64,000 nucleotides of DNA, taken from contig CM082593.2 in assembly GCA_040954595.2 (NCBI GenBank), positions 8,344,043-8,408,042 on the forward strand, read 5' to 3'. Shown here piece after piece: positions 1-13,006 of the stretch; position 1 is the stretch's first letter, and every line of letters begins with the position of its first letter. A program made the position numbers and the translations under genes. The DNA is from Balanoglossus misakiensis. Lineage: Eukaryota; Animalia; Hemichordata. Below the pieces are notes generated by a model. That model saw only the letters and a program-made list of their open reading frames with translations. It did not search any database and was not told the DNA's origin.

Positions 1-843
1 TGTTTAATGCTAAGTATATCATGGTGAGGTGAACATTCCAATATTGGTATTTTTGAAAGAATCTCCATGCATCATTAGGAGCGGAGGTAGATAATTCTGG
101 CTCACGGTAATGTATTTTTTACAAAAATCTGAAGAACACATCCAGGACACAGAAACCAAATTTCAAAACAAAATCGCCTTGGTAGAGCAGCTTCTGAAAA
201 GTGACTAAATGGGTGTGAAACGCACACAACTACATCATAATTTTACGGTATCCCTAATATGCAGCACTTGACATTTGAAACAAATCGGGCAAGCCATTGA
301 CCGAAAATGGCACGAATTGAATTAAGCAATAACCCCCGTCGCAGCAGGGAATATGCGACATTGGGTATAATTCGAAGGAAATTTGTGAGGCTCGCGTGGG
401 ATATTCATTTAAAATTCAGAAAATTACTATTTGTTTTTCATTTAAACTCTTTGTCCCGTTCTTTAGAAGTGATAACTCGTCAACAATGGTCATAGGTATT
501 GTATTTTCTTCAACAAATTATGGTAAACATAGTAATGCTGTATTTTATAAACATATATTTGTCATTTTCCCCCCAAAACATGCCGCCATAACCAAACACT
601 TTTCGTTTGTCGCAAGTGATGGGGCAAACTACACGATTACACAATGTACAGCCTTATGGGTAAAGACTAGATTTGATAGGCGCAATCGTTTTGCTTCTGA
701 TAACATCCACGTGCATGGACATTCGGAATCATGTGATAGCGGACACGTCTTTTGAAGTCAGTTGATTGCCAGATGTTCTTGTACACTGACAATGGATAGT
801 ACTTTTCAGATGGTATAGAATCGGGTGTTTCTGATATACTCAC

Positions 844-994
844 ATTCAGTGATAAAGAAAGCGATGTTCGTCAACATCATGGCGTGGCCGCTGAAAATAT
901 AAGCACCGCAAAGTCGACCCCCGGTTGATGTCAGACCCAACTTCGCAAAGGTCATGAACGATAACTTTAACCTATCCAGTACAGTGTATTCCTC
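844..994 (-). CDS. SMS-family gene, third coding exon (gene continues beyond the left edge)
   Basis: Not in the ORF track. CAG acceptor, GTGAGT donor. Translates EEYTVLDRLKLSFMTFAKLGLTSTGGRLCGAYIFSGHAMMLTNIAFFITE, the D3-motif region. The D4 exon was not found in 1-843. Confidence 0.9.
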
Positions 995-1207
995 CTGTCA
1001 AAAAAAAAGACATAACAACGGTTGTACTTGGTATAAGAGACTCTAAAAGGGCAAATTGACAGAGATCTGTTCACAAAGTTATATTGTGAAACTCGCGCAT
1101 CGTCAGCTGCCGTGTTGACGTAAGATTTGAATATTTTTCCCATGTTTATGTACACATCAAAACTTGTGTATGGAATTACGGCTTACAAATTTCATATTAA
1201 TATTTAC

Positions 1208-1325
1208 CTGTTTGGGACACGGAATGCCCTGTCCGCATTCTGGTAGTGACGTCACACAAATTGTCACATCTCGCAATAAATAAAGAGTACCAGTTATACA
1301 AAGAAATCGTCGAATAATTATCATT
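1208..1325 (-). CDS. SMS-family gene, second coding exon
   Basis: CAG acceptor, GTAAAT donor, phase-compatible with both neighbours. RRFLCITGTLYLLRDVTICVT fits the SMS D2 motif RR-x8-Y-x2-R-x6-T. Confidence 0.9.
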
Positions 1326-1913
1326 CTGAAAAAAAAAATGATCACAAAATATATAAATGTTTTTGACAAGTCATAACGGTCTTGTTGTGTGTCAGGTCTA
1401 CTTCCGGCTCCATCTCCTCTCTTCCGGCCCTCTCTGAGTTTTTCAAAAATCTCGCAGCATTATTTTTTAAAGCTGCATAAGCTGTAACTTTTCGCTATGT
1501 TTTCAGTATATTGTTTTATGTAGCTACTTAATAAGTTTCTTGTTCAAATCCATGAAGCATAATTAAGTGTCAATTCCCCAATTCTGGCAATAGTCTGTAT
1601 TTTATAATGCCAGCTTGGTTATTGTGCCAAATTTGAATTCAAGAATTCCTTTATCAAAATAAAAATGGCCGTTACACGCACATACATAGCTTTGTTGACA
1701 AGCGGATTACTGGGTATAGTTCCTGTTTTGATTAGAAAAGGAAGTCAAATTATTAAAACAATACGGAAATAAAGCCAACAGTTACAGAAAATTGACGTTG
1801 TGAGGACTCGAACAGTTTGACAACAAAATCCATAAATTCTTGAATACTAAGAAAAATTTTGCCCAGACAGAATGAGGTCGGTGTTGTGAGTGTGTTCAGT
1901 TGTAGCGCAGATA

Positions 1914-2121
1914 TATTGTAAAACGGGTGATTTTCGCGACAGGAAATTTCGCGATATCAAAATAGGCAACTGTTACACGAGGATTATTTTTCGCATTCTC
2001 GTATTTCTCTGCATCGGTATCCCGGAAAAAAAATTACGCGACTTTTTATTTTCACGTTTTTTTTTACTCTCGCGTATTTCGCGAAAATTTATTGCTCGCG
2101 AAAATAACCCGTTTTACAGTA
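1914..2121. mobile_element. TA-flanked MITE, family A
   Basis: TIRs tgtaaaacgggt(g/t)attttcgcga / tcgcgaaaataacccgttttaca. Related copies at 13141, ~17200, 18421, 39228 and ~42385. Confidence 0.8.
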
Positions 2122-2860
2122 CTTGACACATTTAATAAATAAATCCGTGTTATTGTTCAACTTTTCAAGTTAGCCCATAGTTAGCCTAGTTCACCTCAAG
2201 GTGAAATAACTGGAACACCGCCCATTAATAACTGCCAATGTCATCTGATTAAACAACGAAGGCTATATTTCATCAATAGAGCGCCTGTCGAACCCCGATG
2301 TTTTGTTCTTTGGTATTTCAACTTTATAAATGTGCAGTGTCGTATGAAGTCCAATAATTTCATAGGTAGTCCATAGCCTAGGCCCTGGGTCCATGGTACG
2401 TTGTTTTCACACGTCACAATGACAAACACGCCCTGTTGCTATGCTTACGTAATCGCAAACGCAAGAGGCAATTATTGTCCGCCATGCATACTGATATGTT
2501 GAATTCAATACAAACTAAAACCACTGTCCCTCCACGCAGGGACCGTGCTAAAACACAACTAATTTCAGCAAACATTATATCTGATTAATAATTGTTTAAA
2601 ACGCATGAATTTAGAACGGAATTATTTTTAAACAAATCCCAATGCAGAAAAATACACCTGCATATGCCAAAACCTGGGACCACTGATTGTGGCCATTCTG
2701 ACCTATGACATGCCTTGGGCCACTAAGAACAGACCACAGACAAATAGAAAAGAATGTGCGTATACTAAATTAAATTAAATTCAAACATTTCAAATTGTTT
2801 CGGGAAAACGACGGACAAGTTCGACGGGAAGCCCCGGACAGAAGTAAAGATTTCACTTGC

Positions 2861-3264
2861 CTGTGTTTGTGAAAGACGGCTATAAATACGAGGGTAGCGC
2901 CAAGGGTGACTAAAATTACTTCGGACACGGAGCCAGCAATTGGACTGAGGGGAATGTTGTCCAAGACGATATCAGGTAGAGGCGGGTATGTCTCCTGGTC
3001 CGGCATACGATCATGTACGACGGATTCGATGAAAGTTGTGATGAATATAGCCAACAGAAAGTACAGGAGGCTGGCAAACGTTTTCCAAGGTTCTGGTTCG
3101 AATCCTGGCCGACTGGACCCCTTTGCTCCATCTGTGCTCGTGTAGTCCTCTTTAGAGTTGGTGCTTTCCCGATCGTTTTCATCTGCTTCACATGATATTA
3201 ACGTGGATGTTTCTTCCATATTTACCTGCCAGGTTACCTCCTGACAGCCGTTACTCTTAGTCAT
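2861..3264 (-). CDS. Sphingomyelin synthase family (SMSr/SAMD8-like, no SAM domain), first coding exon
   Basis: ATG at 3264, below a pyrimidine-rich CAG acceptor at 3386-3388. Encodes PEPWKT...VHDRMPDQETYPPLPDIVLD (SMS D1 motif PLPD)...FHKHR. The exon ends in phase 2 at a GC donor (ag/gcaagt). Confidence 0.85.
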
Positions 3265-5522
3265 TTTACTGGATTCGAAGAAGACGTTCGGAAGGGCTCT
3301 CCAAACGGGCGACAAACGACGTGTTGAGTCACTTCATGCAAATACCTGTCACTTCGCCCCTTTCATTACGTCACAACAGGTTGGTCTGCAACGAAGAAAG
3401 ACAATAGATAGCGAGAGAGTCAACAAGTATTAAAACGTTATGCAAATTAATGACGATTATTCAAATATGTGCATAGCGTTCAATGTGATGACAGGGTCCA
3501 CTCACATCCATGGATGGACAGTACATGTACATACTTGATTTTGCCCGGATTCAACATTCTGAGTCTCCGGTGACAAATCGACAACTTCGATAAGATAGTT
3601 TTACCTGAGGTTTATGCGCTTTAAAATCGCGTAAACTTATTTGCGTCTTGTGCAAAACCACGATCCCTCTATCCAGGGATCGTGCCAAACCTAATAAAAC
3701 AAGGTCATTTGTAGAATCAACATATCTCTGTTTTATCTGCGAGATATTAACGATAGTCAGTTGACCTTTAATTTTCGCACAGTTTAGGGAACGACGTACA
3801 GAAAAAGTACACAGCGACTTTTAGAGTTTTCCCCTTCTAAACGCGTGGAGAAACCATGACAAAACAAATACAAAGAGGAGTGCTACGAATCCGTTTGGCA
3901 ACTGCGAAAGCATGGAATTCGCAATGCACAGTTATTTGACAATATCTGGAAACACAGGCATTCGAATCTATTCTTTATTAGTCCACATAGTCTATCACAT
4001 GATACTTGCTTCACAGTTTACATTACATGTGTACCGTACATGTGCCAGCAGCGCGGACTACAAAATGCACACACTTTGTGTGTATCTGTGACATGTATTT
4101 GTTTTAAAATATATTTTTCTATGGGCCTGGAGCCTGATTCAAATAAATAAATAAAAAAAAAGTAGTAGCCCAGACAGAGGATTTGCACGCAGGCGCACTA
4201 TGAGAACGTCGACTTATCTCATCCAAGTTAGATTTGCTAGAAAACTGACTTCTACCATTGTCCCCTTTTCATGAAATTTTTCACAGATCCCATTGACTTG
4301 GTGTGCTTGCAATTGGTACAAGCAGAAAGTGGGTAAATAGCAATGTGTGTTGTGTGTCTAGAAAGTAGTAGGATTTTTTTGACGAATGACCTGATGTAGA
4401 CTTATACAGTGGCATGAAATTTACCGTTGTGGTAAAGAACGTATTCTCTTTGTGGCCGTAAATAGGGACGTGATTACAGGTATACAACACGTGAAAGTAC
4501 GTGAAAGTGACCACATGTAAATTTCCAAAAATTTGCTAACGTCTTTGTTTTTGCAGCCTACCCCTCCTAATTACTAAACGCTTCCTACTGTAGTCATGGC
4601 AATATCAGAAATTCTCGAGAATATGAGAATATGTAATAACAACGCGATTGTTTCGTATGTCATGACACCCATATATAATGCTCTACCGACCGTGATGAAA
4701 TCGTATGTCATAAGACACACCGTGAAAACTTTATTAAAAGAAGAAGCCGACAGCTTGAAAGGTCGCATATCACTCCAGTGGCAAAATTCCATTTTGATCC
4801 ATTAAGGAAAGAAAGAGTCATATCGTTTAAACACTTGTCATCGATCAGTTAATTTAAACTGAAAAGATTCAGTAGACCTCCGTTTGCCTGTACAAAGTTC
4901 AATGCGATTAACTTTTTGAAATAACTAAACACAGAATTAAATTTGGTTTGAAAATGCCCGTTTTATGCAACTCTACAAAAGTTTACGCAGTAATACTGTA
5001 ATAATGACAGTAGAATGTGGTAACCATATCAAATCTTATTCTAATGAACGGAACTGATTGCTAATCTAATGGTAAACTGTATCATCGCCGTCCTACATAC
5101 GCCGCCGCGCCAAAGTGCAAACTTATTAGATTACGTATCACTAATTTGGTAGTCTGTACCTAGAATGAACACGCCCAGTCAAGGTCGCTGTGAGTCCGCG
5201 ACGAAAGCCTGCGGAAATTTCCACAATTGTTACCATGTCAAGAATCTGCATAAAAGTGTGAAATGGACAATTTTATTCCTTGCCATCGTTAATAGAAGGG
5301 GGATGGCCTTACCTTCCATCTGAGTTGTTTACAATATGTGTTATCTCATTGCCTGGTTACCGACAAAAAATGTGATACATTATTTGTTTAATATCTCGTC
5401 CAATGAAGATGGTTATCGCAGAAACTCACGTGACTTTATGGCATACGATACAAAGTCGACTGGATACCCACCTTGTTGCACTATGACGTGGACTCGGTAC
5501 TTACATGCGGACTGATCAGTAC

Positions 5523-5646
5523 CAATCTGATTAAAATCAGATGTAGGGAACGTATTTTACTTACGCTGTACGTTTTTTATGCAACTGTCGCCTCATAAAA
5601 AAACACGTCGCCGACGCGTTCCCTACATCTGATTTTAATCAGATTG
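5523..5646. mobile_element. 124-bp MITE with ~30-bp TIRs and a 9-bp target-site duplication
   Basis: TIR caatctgattaaaatcagatgtagggaacg at both ends. GATCAGTAC is directly repeated at 5514-5522 and 5647-5655. A solo TIR lies at 22949-22972. Confidence 0.85.
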
Positions 5647-5684
5647 GATCAGTACAGATCATATCACCATGTATTTATTAATGA

Positions 5685-5686
<2 letters not shown>

Positions 5687-5727
<41 letters not shown>
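5687..5727. repeat. (CT)n microsatellite
   Basis: Uninterrupted CT dinucleotide run. Confidence 0.95.
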
Positions 5728-5730
<3 letters not shown>

Positions 5731-7299
5731 CATATATAGAAGTACATTCTCCATGGCCACATATTCTCACAAATGTTACGTTTCCCACAAATGTCGATCA
5801 TTGTCAAAAAATCAATGATTTATTAACAACTGGACATTATTTTTTTTAAAAAGACATTATTTGTTCAAAAAATAATAATTTGACTCTTTTTAACAACAAC
5901 GGAAGGCCATGCACGTTTTGAAAACAACAACACATTACTTATAATTAGTTGGCTACTACTAGTACTAGTAAATCCTATACCTACCATTATCATCCACCTG
6001 AGTGGAAGCCAGTCACATCAACGCACTATTTAAATGGGATAGAGACAGGTTATGGCCCTCGGTTGATAGCAACAGTCCGGTGATGGACTATCTATCAGGT
6101 TTAGCGGTAGTATCTCAGCGATTCTTCAAATAGACAGCCATGGCATCCACGGACATGAACATTTCACATCGACTCAATATAAACAGCTATACTGCTGTTT
6201 GTCGTCATTTCACACAAATGTAACAAGGTCTAATTTAGATTTTTGACCTTCGAGGTGTACACGTGATCGTTCTGCTATCCGCGACGTCGCCGGGGATGTC
6301 CCTTAAGGGGGTAACCTATTTCATATTGGAGGGGTGGTTTCCAAGGAGGATATAGCTATGTGACCGACAAAAAGAACTAGGAAATTTTGCAGAGTTAGCC
6401 AGCAATTTGAGCAAAAATGTTGGCCCATGTTGATCAAAAACTCATTCTTACCTTGTCTAAGTTCTGTCATGGGCTTCCCTGGCTCTATGAGAAACATGCA
6501 ATCCGAGAAAACATACCTTTTTTCTGTATGCATGTTTTAGGTTCATTCACAGAGATGATCTCAGTTGGTGCTTGCGTAACTTGCCTCAAAATTCTCTGAA
6601 GTATTCTAAACACAGAGTATGCATTTCACAAGCGTATATGCAATAATTTCTCAAAACGAACCGAGTTTTTGTCATCAAATGCGAGTGAAGATCTACTATA
6701 TAGGCGGCAGCTCAGGATCACTGGTGAAATTAATCGCAAATTTGGCGCCTTGACGGCGACATTTTTAGCTTCTTTACGTGGGCCTCCCTGGAAGGAACAT
6801 ATTTTTTTCACAGCTGGCAGACGACAGTTTTTTTCTCTCTCGAAAATCCTCAAGCCCCTCGCCCAGAAGTTAAATGGTCCGTCCCTAATCGAAGGACACA
6901 GTCGAACAAGGTTTCAGAGGCTGGAGAATATGACCATGATTATTCTTTGCAAATATGTATTGCCGCTCTCAACAAAAGTTACAACTTCCAAATGTCCTTT
7001 CAATAGTCAGGGTCTGCGCCCCTCAGGTACGGTCGATGGTGTTCAGGGATTGTTCACGTTATATTTGAAGAGACTACATAAGCCAGTTTATCCAGCCGAA
7101 ATTGACAGAAAAAAATCGACGATATCAAAGGAGATGAATGTGTCGGTGATGTTAAGGAAGTAATAGATTACCCCCCCCCCCCCCCAATGGAGTTTTCTCA
7201 TCGTCTGACTGCTGTTCTTTTGGTGTACTTCGTTGATAATTCAATCTAGGATCGCGGTTTCTTTGGTTGGTGACGCCTATGTAGCTTGTTTTGTGATCT

Positions 7300-7790
7300 T
7301 TTAGTGATGTAAAAGCTTCTTTTTGGTACTGTTTCTACTCTATATCGTCGATTCCTGTGCGATAGAATAGCTTCGCCAATTCCGCAGTTTTCCCAGTGTG
7401 AGGCAGAGGTTGTAACGTCTTCTTTCATTTGTGTATAAGCTGTTGCCTTGGTGACGAGAGACCATGTACCAGCTCACGTTGTATGTCTGTCCCATTTGTT
7501 TCAGTTTCCAGATGTTTTTGGAGAGTTTTGTGTTGTTTTTATATATTTTATAACAGTTGAACGTATACTTTGTGATTGCTGAAACGGCTTCTGAAGGTTG
7601 ATTCGGTGAGGCCGAAGTAGGTTTTGGTGTCTTCACTGGCAGTTGTTTGTTACGGTGGCTTTGTCATATTTGTAGTAGGGCCTAGATAGCTGATCGTGAG
7701 ATTCGGACTGGCAGTTTCCAGCAAATTTTCATTCTTCTTTATTTCGGCAATTGCAGGTCTTCTGTGTTGTGTCATTTGGCGCGCGATGGT
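7300..7790 (-). mobile_element. Decayed Penelope-like retroelement fragment (GIY-YIG endonuclease)
   Basis: Frameshifted minus-strand peptides KTCNCRNK, KTYFGLTESTFRSRFSNHK and TKLSKNIWKLK...YNVSW...YNLCLT follow the order of the PLE GIY-YIG domain. Boundaries are approximate. Confidence 0.75.
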
Positions 7791-9350
7791 TTTTTCTTGT
7801 GTGGTTTCTGATGGTTGTATCCGTACAGGTGTAGCTTCGTCGTAAACTACGTACATTTGTACCTCTTTACGGCAACAGGTGCCAAAAGAGGAGTACTTCT
7901 ATGTCACCCGGCGCTTGATTTTTGACAGAGCTGTTCAGATATTTTAACCATAGGAAAACTATAGCATTGGGAGTGTGAGAAGAGTGTTGACTCAGCATTT
8001 ACACAAATGACCTCATAACTGAAAAAGTAGCATGGTAGCACGTTTTCTCTATATATTTGTTTTTAATATTCATTGATAAACAATATAAAAATCAGGAAAA
8101 TGACAATATTCTAACTTTTGAGTAGGAAATTGAACTTTTGTTCGCGAGAAAAGTTGTAGCTGATCTTGCCATTGTTATTATTAAATGTTGTGTGAAATTT
8201 CGATTCCGTTTGAATTGGGAAATGTTTTTGTTGAGATCTAGAAAGGGTTTTCCGATATTGGTCTCGTGGCGATTTTGATGTTACAGTAATAGGGTTGTAC
8301 CAAATGAGCAAAGTCGTAATAAACGAGATTTTCGTTTGATTTTTTAATTGACAATGTGTTCCAAATATAAAACGGTGCATATTCAATAAGAGGATAACTT
8401 TCCAAAGGCAGCATTGTTACCATGGTTACTAGTGCCAGGCCAACACGTGACTTTCTATCTGCGTGCTGCCAGTTATAGGCAATAGCGCCACCACTGGTTG
8501 TATTACATCTTTGCCCTCGTTTATCCGAGGACTAAAATGTGAACTTTGACATTTGACAGTGCAACAGCTGTTTGTACCTTTAAAAGGTACGCACGAGCAT
8601 GACGCTGCAATACTCTGTGAAGCCGATACCAAGGCTTTTTGACATCGTACTAAAGTACAGGCTGTTGTAACAGGTGAGCCTTGATGCGTAGTGGTATAGC
8701 TCTTGATTTGGACTGTGTAACGGTGGCAACTTGGGCTGGTGTCTCTGACGGCCGGGTTGGAGCTCACACTCTGTACTGATTGCATCATATCACAGCATTG
8801 CTGCAGTCCAGGGGAGATGGAGGGGCTGCAAAACTGCAGCAAATCACAGCAGGCCTGACATCACAGGTTGTAACCAGTGGGGTTTTTACATCCAGGATTG
8901 CATCAACGAGGGTGGGGTGGGGTGGTGGTGTGTGTGTCCCTCTTTGCCAGAATATTTGGGGGGGGGGGGGTTCCACTCTGGCTGGGGGGCGGGGGGGGGG
9001 GGATATAATATCTCCATCATGCGAGTGACATCATTTTAAAGGGGCACTTGTCCCATAGGCACGTGACCCGATCGCTGGTATATGTGCCTATGATTTGTCC
9101 CCCTTGAAATATTGCTAGTGAGTGCCAACATGTCAAAAGGGCGGTGAAACCGGGCCGTGTCTAAGATGAAACACTCAGATCAGTGATGTCGTGGAACTGC
9201 ACTGTAATACAAGTCAATTATAGCATTGTTAATCAAGACATACTGTATTTGAATAAAATTGGTTCTTGAATCACAGCATGGAATGATTGGTGTGAAATAT
9301 GAATATTTAACTTAGTTTTTTTTTTTCACAGTGCAAATAATTGGGGCAGA

Positions 9351-9564
9351 ATGGCAAAGCATGTGCCTCCTGCAGACGAAGACCATGAAGAGGGTGGATG
9401 GGGATGGTGCATAGTTATTGCGGCATTTATTTGTTTTTTCTTCTCGAAAGGCACCAATGTATCACTCGGTATTTTCTTTGTGGCATTTCTGGAGCACTTT
9501 GACCGAGGTGCAGCAGAGACATCGTGGATTCCTTCACTGGCTGCTGGAATGGCCTGGATAATTG
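9351..9564 (+). CDS. SLC16/monocarboxylate-transporter-like MFS protein, coding exon 1
   Basis: EGGWGWCIVIAAF is the SLC16 signature. An acceptor lies just upstream of the ATG (5' UTR intron). Phase-1 GTATGA donor. Confidence 0.92.
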
Positions 9565-9883
9565 GTATGAATTGTTTTTGTTTATTTATTTGAGTCAAGC
9601 TCTACTAATCCCATAGGATTCTTTATAATATACCTCCTGCTAATACTGCGCCGTGATTCGCCAGAATCCGTCACATGATAGGAAAATAGAATCGACTATG
9701 AACCGTTAGGGAAATAGCAGAAAAAATATAAACCGGTCACGTGACCAGCGTGAGTGCGCAGACTCGGTCACATCAATCAGCGTCGCGTCGTCTGACACAA
9801 TGGCCACTGCTGAAGATGTCGTCTGCCAACCTCAAGAGAAAATTACAAGATTTTCCCAACTGTTAGCATGAGGTTTATTATAA

Positions 9884-10074
9884 AACACCTATAGCCTGGC
9901 CTATATTCGGGCCATAGCAGCCGTTTTTACCCCCTCGTGGCTGTGAGTTACCAGAATCATATGCTATTTCCCTCGGCCTGCGGCCTCGAGAAATAGCATG
10001 TGATTCTGGTAACTCACAGCCCCTCGGGTGTAATAAACGGCCGCTATGGCCCTCATGGCCAGGCAATAGGTGTT
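9884..10074. repeat. Long imperfect palindrome (hairpin) with CTCG/CTCG mismatches
   Basis: Arms aacacctat...gctatttc / gaaatagc...ataggtgtt, centred on ggcctgcggcc. Confidence 0.85.
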
Positions 10075-10316
10075 CAAAAGAACAGGACATCATATACGAC
10101 TAACATGGTACTAATACTACATCGTCAGAACCCAGCTTAATCCACTGTTACTATCTGGTATCATTAGAAGTGGTGAGTCATTTGTGATTGTGAAGTCACT
10201 TGATCCTCTCTCCTACTTGTACCTGAACTTCCTAAAATCCCAAAGGGGATTTTCTATTTATTTGGCGCAATTCTTTAAATTTGATAACACAAACCTTCAT
10301 ATGATTTTTCATGCAG

Positions 10317-10460
10317 CACCTTTATCAACCGCTTTAGCCAAGAAATATGGTCATCGAAAGATAATAGCTGTTGGTAGTATCGTCTGCTTTTCATCTGTCG
10401 CTTTGAGTTCGTTTTCCAAAAGCCTTTGGCAGTTAGCCGCCACTGTGGGTTTCTTGAATG
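10317..10460 (+). CDS. SLC16-like transporter, coding exon 2
   Basis: CAG/GTGAGT boundaries, 144 nt. APLSTALAKKYGHRKII is the MFS loop 2-3 motif. Confidence 0.92.
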
Positions 10461-10494
10461 GTGAGTAGACTATAACTTTTGTTGTATTCCTTAA

Positions 10495-11655
10495 AGGGAC
10501 AAAGTCTCTCTCTAGCTGCCCCTTTTCCATTAATTATGTTTGATACAGACACCGTTAATGTTATTCTACATGTGGATATATAGTGAATTAACATTCAACC
10601 ACACACACCTTCCACCCGGCACCCAACTTGTAGACACGAGAATGAAAAACTCGCCAAATGAATAATCAGTCTCTACTGTTTATTCATTTTGGGGAGATTT
10701 TTACTCTCTTATCACATACATAGCTCCGCATATACCATAGTATGACGTCAGACGTAGGTAAATTTGCACCAAGCGTTATTGTAATACCCATCCCTCTGAC
10801 GTCACCAAACGGAACTATTTTAAACTTGTAAACAAAGTCCTCTTAGGGCGACAAAATTCATTTCAATTGTTCGTTTTATTTTGATATTAAAAAATAAGCA
10901 AAGATAAATAAAATGTTTCGTATGTGTAAATATGGACGATCGACGATTAGTTTTACCTGTGTACATTTTTATCGCACCAACCGGCACCAAAACTGTCGCG
11001 AGGTCGTCAGTGCTGAGCCAAAGTCGTCGCGTTGTCGAACGAGCGACAGGTACAAAACTGAGTATTCGCAAAAATTTTGATGCGACAATAAGAGCAAAAC
11101 AGTCTAGTCATAAAGCAAAAGGCACAAGAAAGGTTTCCTGCTCCAGTGAAACCTTGACGGACGATGAAATCCAGCTGACGCACGACAGACGGGTCCTCGC
11201 CAAAACCAGAATCGTCCAGGTCGTGACCTGAGTCACCTGACAGATAGACCGCATAACAATTTTGCACAAAATAGTTCCAAATTTTATCGCAACCACAAAG
11301 AGATTTATTTGAAAATCAAAATTAGCGGATCTATGTATGTGATAAACATATAATTCCCCCGTATTCCTCACTCGTGTACCTGCGTCGCGAACTCGTGATT
11401 CCCCGTATAGCTGTATCCCTCCGAGCCGCAGGCTCGGAGGGATACGGCCGCTATACGGGGAATCACTCGTCCGCGACGCAGGCACACTCGTTCGAAATAC
11501 GGGGGAATTATATATAAATATCCTACAAATGGGATGGAGATTGTGTGTTGTCGAAAGTTCATTCACTATATTTCCACATGCAGACAAACATTAATGGTGT
11601 CTTGTATCTAACATAATTAATGGAAAAAGGGCAGCGAGAGAGTAACTTTGTCCCT
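10495..11655. mobile_element. TTAA-flanked palindromic MITE family B (Kolobok/T2-like) with a nested ~800-bp insertion
   Basis: TTAA-AGGGACAAAG...CTTTGTCCCT-TTAA. Compared with the intact copies, unrelated DNA interrupts it at about 10721-11518. Confidence 0.8.
11348..11513. repeat. Long imperfect palindrome with CTCG/CTCG mismatches (right end of the nested insert)
   Basis: atataattcccccgtatt...aatacgggggaattatat, centred on ccctccgagcc-gca-ggctcggaggg. Confidence 0.88.
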
Positions 11656-11659
11656 TTAA

Positions 11660-12007
11660 AGGGACAAAGTCTCTCTCTCGCTACCCCTTTTCCATTAATT
11701 TAGTTTGATACAAGACACAGGCTTATGCTAATGTACATATGGATATATAGAGAATCAACATTCAACGACACACAACTTCCATCCCGTTTGTATGATATGA
11801 GAGTAAAAACTCGCCAAAATGAATAATCGGTGTTTACCATTTATTCATTTTGGCGAAATTTTCACTCTCATATCCTACAAACGGGATGAAAGTTGTGTGT
11901 GGTCGAACATTGGTTCACTATATATCCACATGTAGAATAACATAAACGATGTCTTGTATCAAACATAATTAATGGAAATAGGGCAGCGAGAGAGAGACTT
12001 TGTCCCT
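11660..12007. mobile_element. MITE family B, intact copy
   Basis: About 350-bp near-complete palindrome. It shares the TTAA at 11656-11659 with the preceding copy and has TTAA at 12008-12011. Confidence 0.88.
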
Positions 12008-12115
12008 TTAACTAATGTCATCCCACCAAGATTTTCTTCAATGTTTTATTGATTTTATTAATCCAGGAGAGACTATCATTGACAATGCCTTGTTTCATTT
12101 TCCCCACTTATACAG

Positions 12116-13006
12116 GCATGGGTTACGGACTGATCCATTCTAACGCCAGCTCTTTCATCGGATTTTACTTCAAGAAGAGATATTCGCTGGCAAGTGGACT
12201 GGCGTTTACCGGAATCGGAGCTGGATCTCTAGCCTTGCCTCCACTCTTTCAGTATTGCATCGATCTGTACGGCTGGGAGGGTGGTTTGCTCGTGTTTGCG
12301 GGACTCTCAGCCCATCTATGCGTAGCCGCGGCACTCATGAGGCCTTTGAGAAAGAGACAATCAGAACCCAGTGTTAAGAATTCACCAAATTTGAGTTCTG
12401 AAGACAATAAGGAGACGGGAGAACCGCACAAACCGGAAGAGGTTCCACTCGCAAATCTCGACGAGTTTGATGGAAGCAATTCGGGAAAGACAAGAGCCCG
12501 AATACAGTGCACAAGTATAGTCGAATTCTTTGACTGTGACAAACTTGTGAAACACTCGTACTATTTACTTTATTTGGTCACATTTGCTTTGTTTTCCTTC
12601 GGACAAATAATCTCAGTGGTTCATTTAGCCCCACGCATCAATAGCGTTGGCCAATCGAAAGACCGAACAGCTCTCCTTCTTTCACTGTACGGTGCAGGAA
12701 ACATCATTGGAGCGCCCTCGTGGGGCACCTTCATCAATAACTTCGCGAAGGTTCACGACAACATCGACATATTTATGGCTGCTGTTTACATGTTGTATGG
12801 AGTTACAGTTTTGCTGCTCCCCATGGCAACAGACACGCTGTCCATAGCTGTCTTCGTCGTCGCACTTGGCTTTGAAAGGGGTTCATTTTCTGCACAAACC
12901 CCTGTTCTGGTAAGAAGGTTGGTTGGAAATGAACTCTTTACCACTGCGTATGGATGGGCTCTCTTAGTTGCCAGTTTTGGGCAGCTTACTGGGGCGCCGA
13001 TTTCAG
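12116..13006 (+). CDS. SLC16-like transporter, coding exon 3
   Basis: CAG/GTGAGT boundaries, 891 nt. Carries YFKKRYSLASGLA, YGWEG and ALMRP motifs. Confidence 0.93.

Noticed and set aside
8429-9028. 137-aa and Gly-rich ORFs upstream of SLC16
   Set aside because: No recognisable domain or splice context; partly poly-G low complexity.
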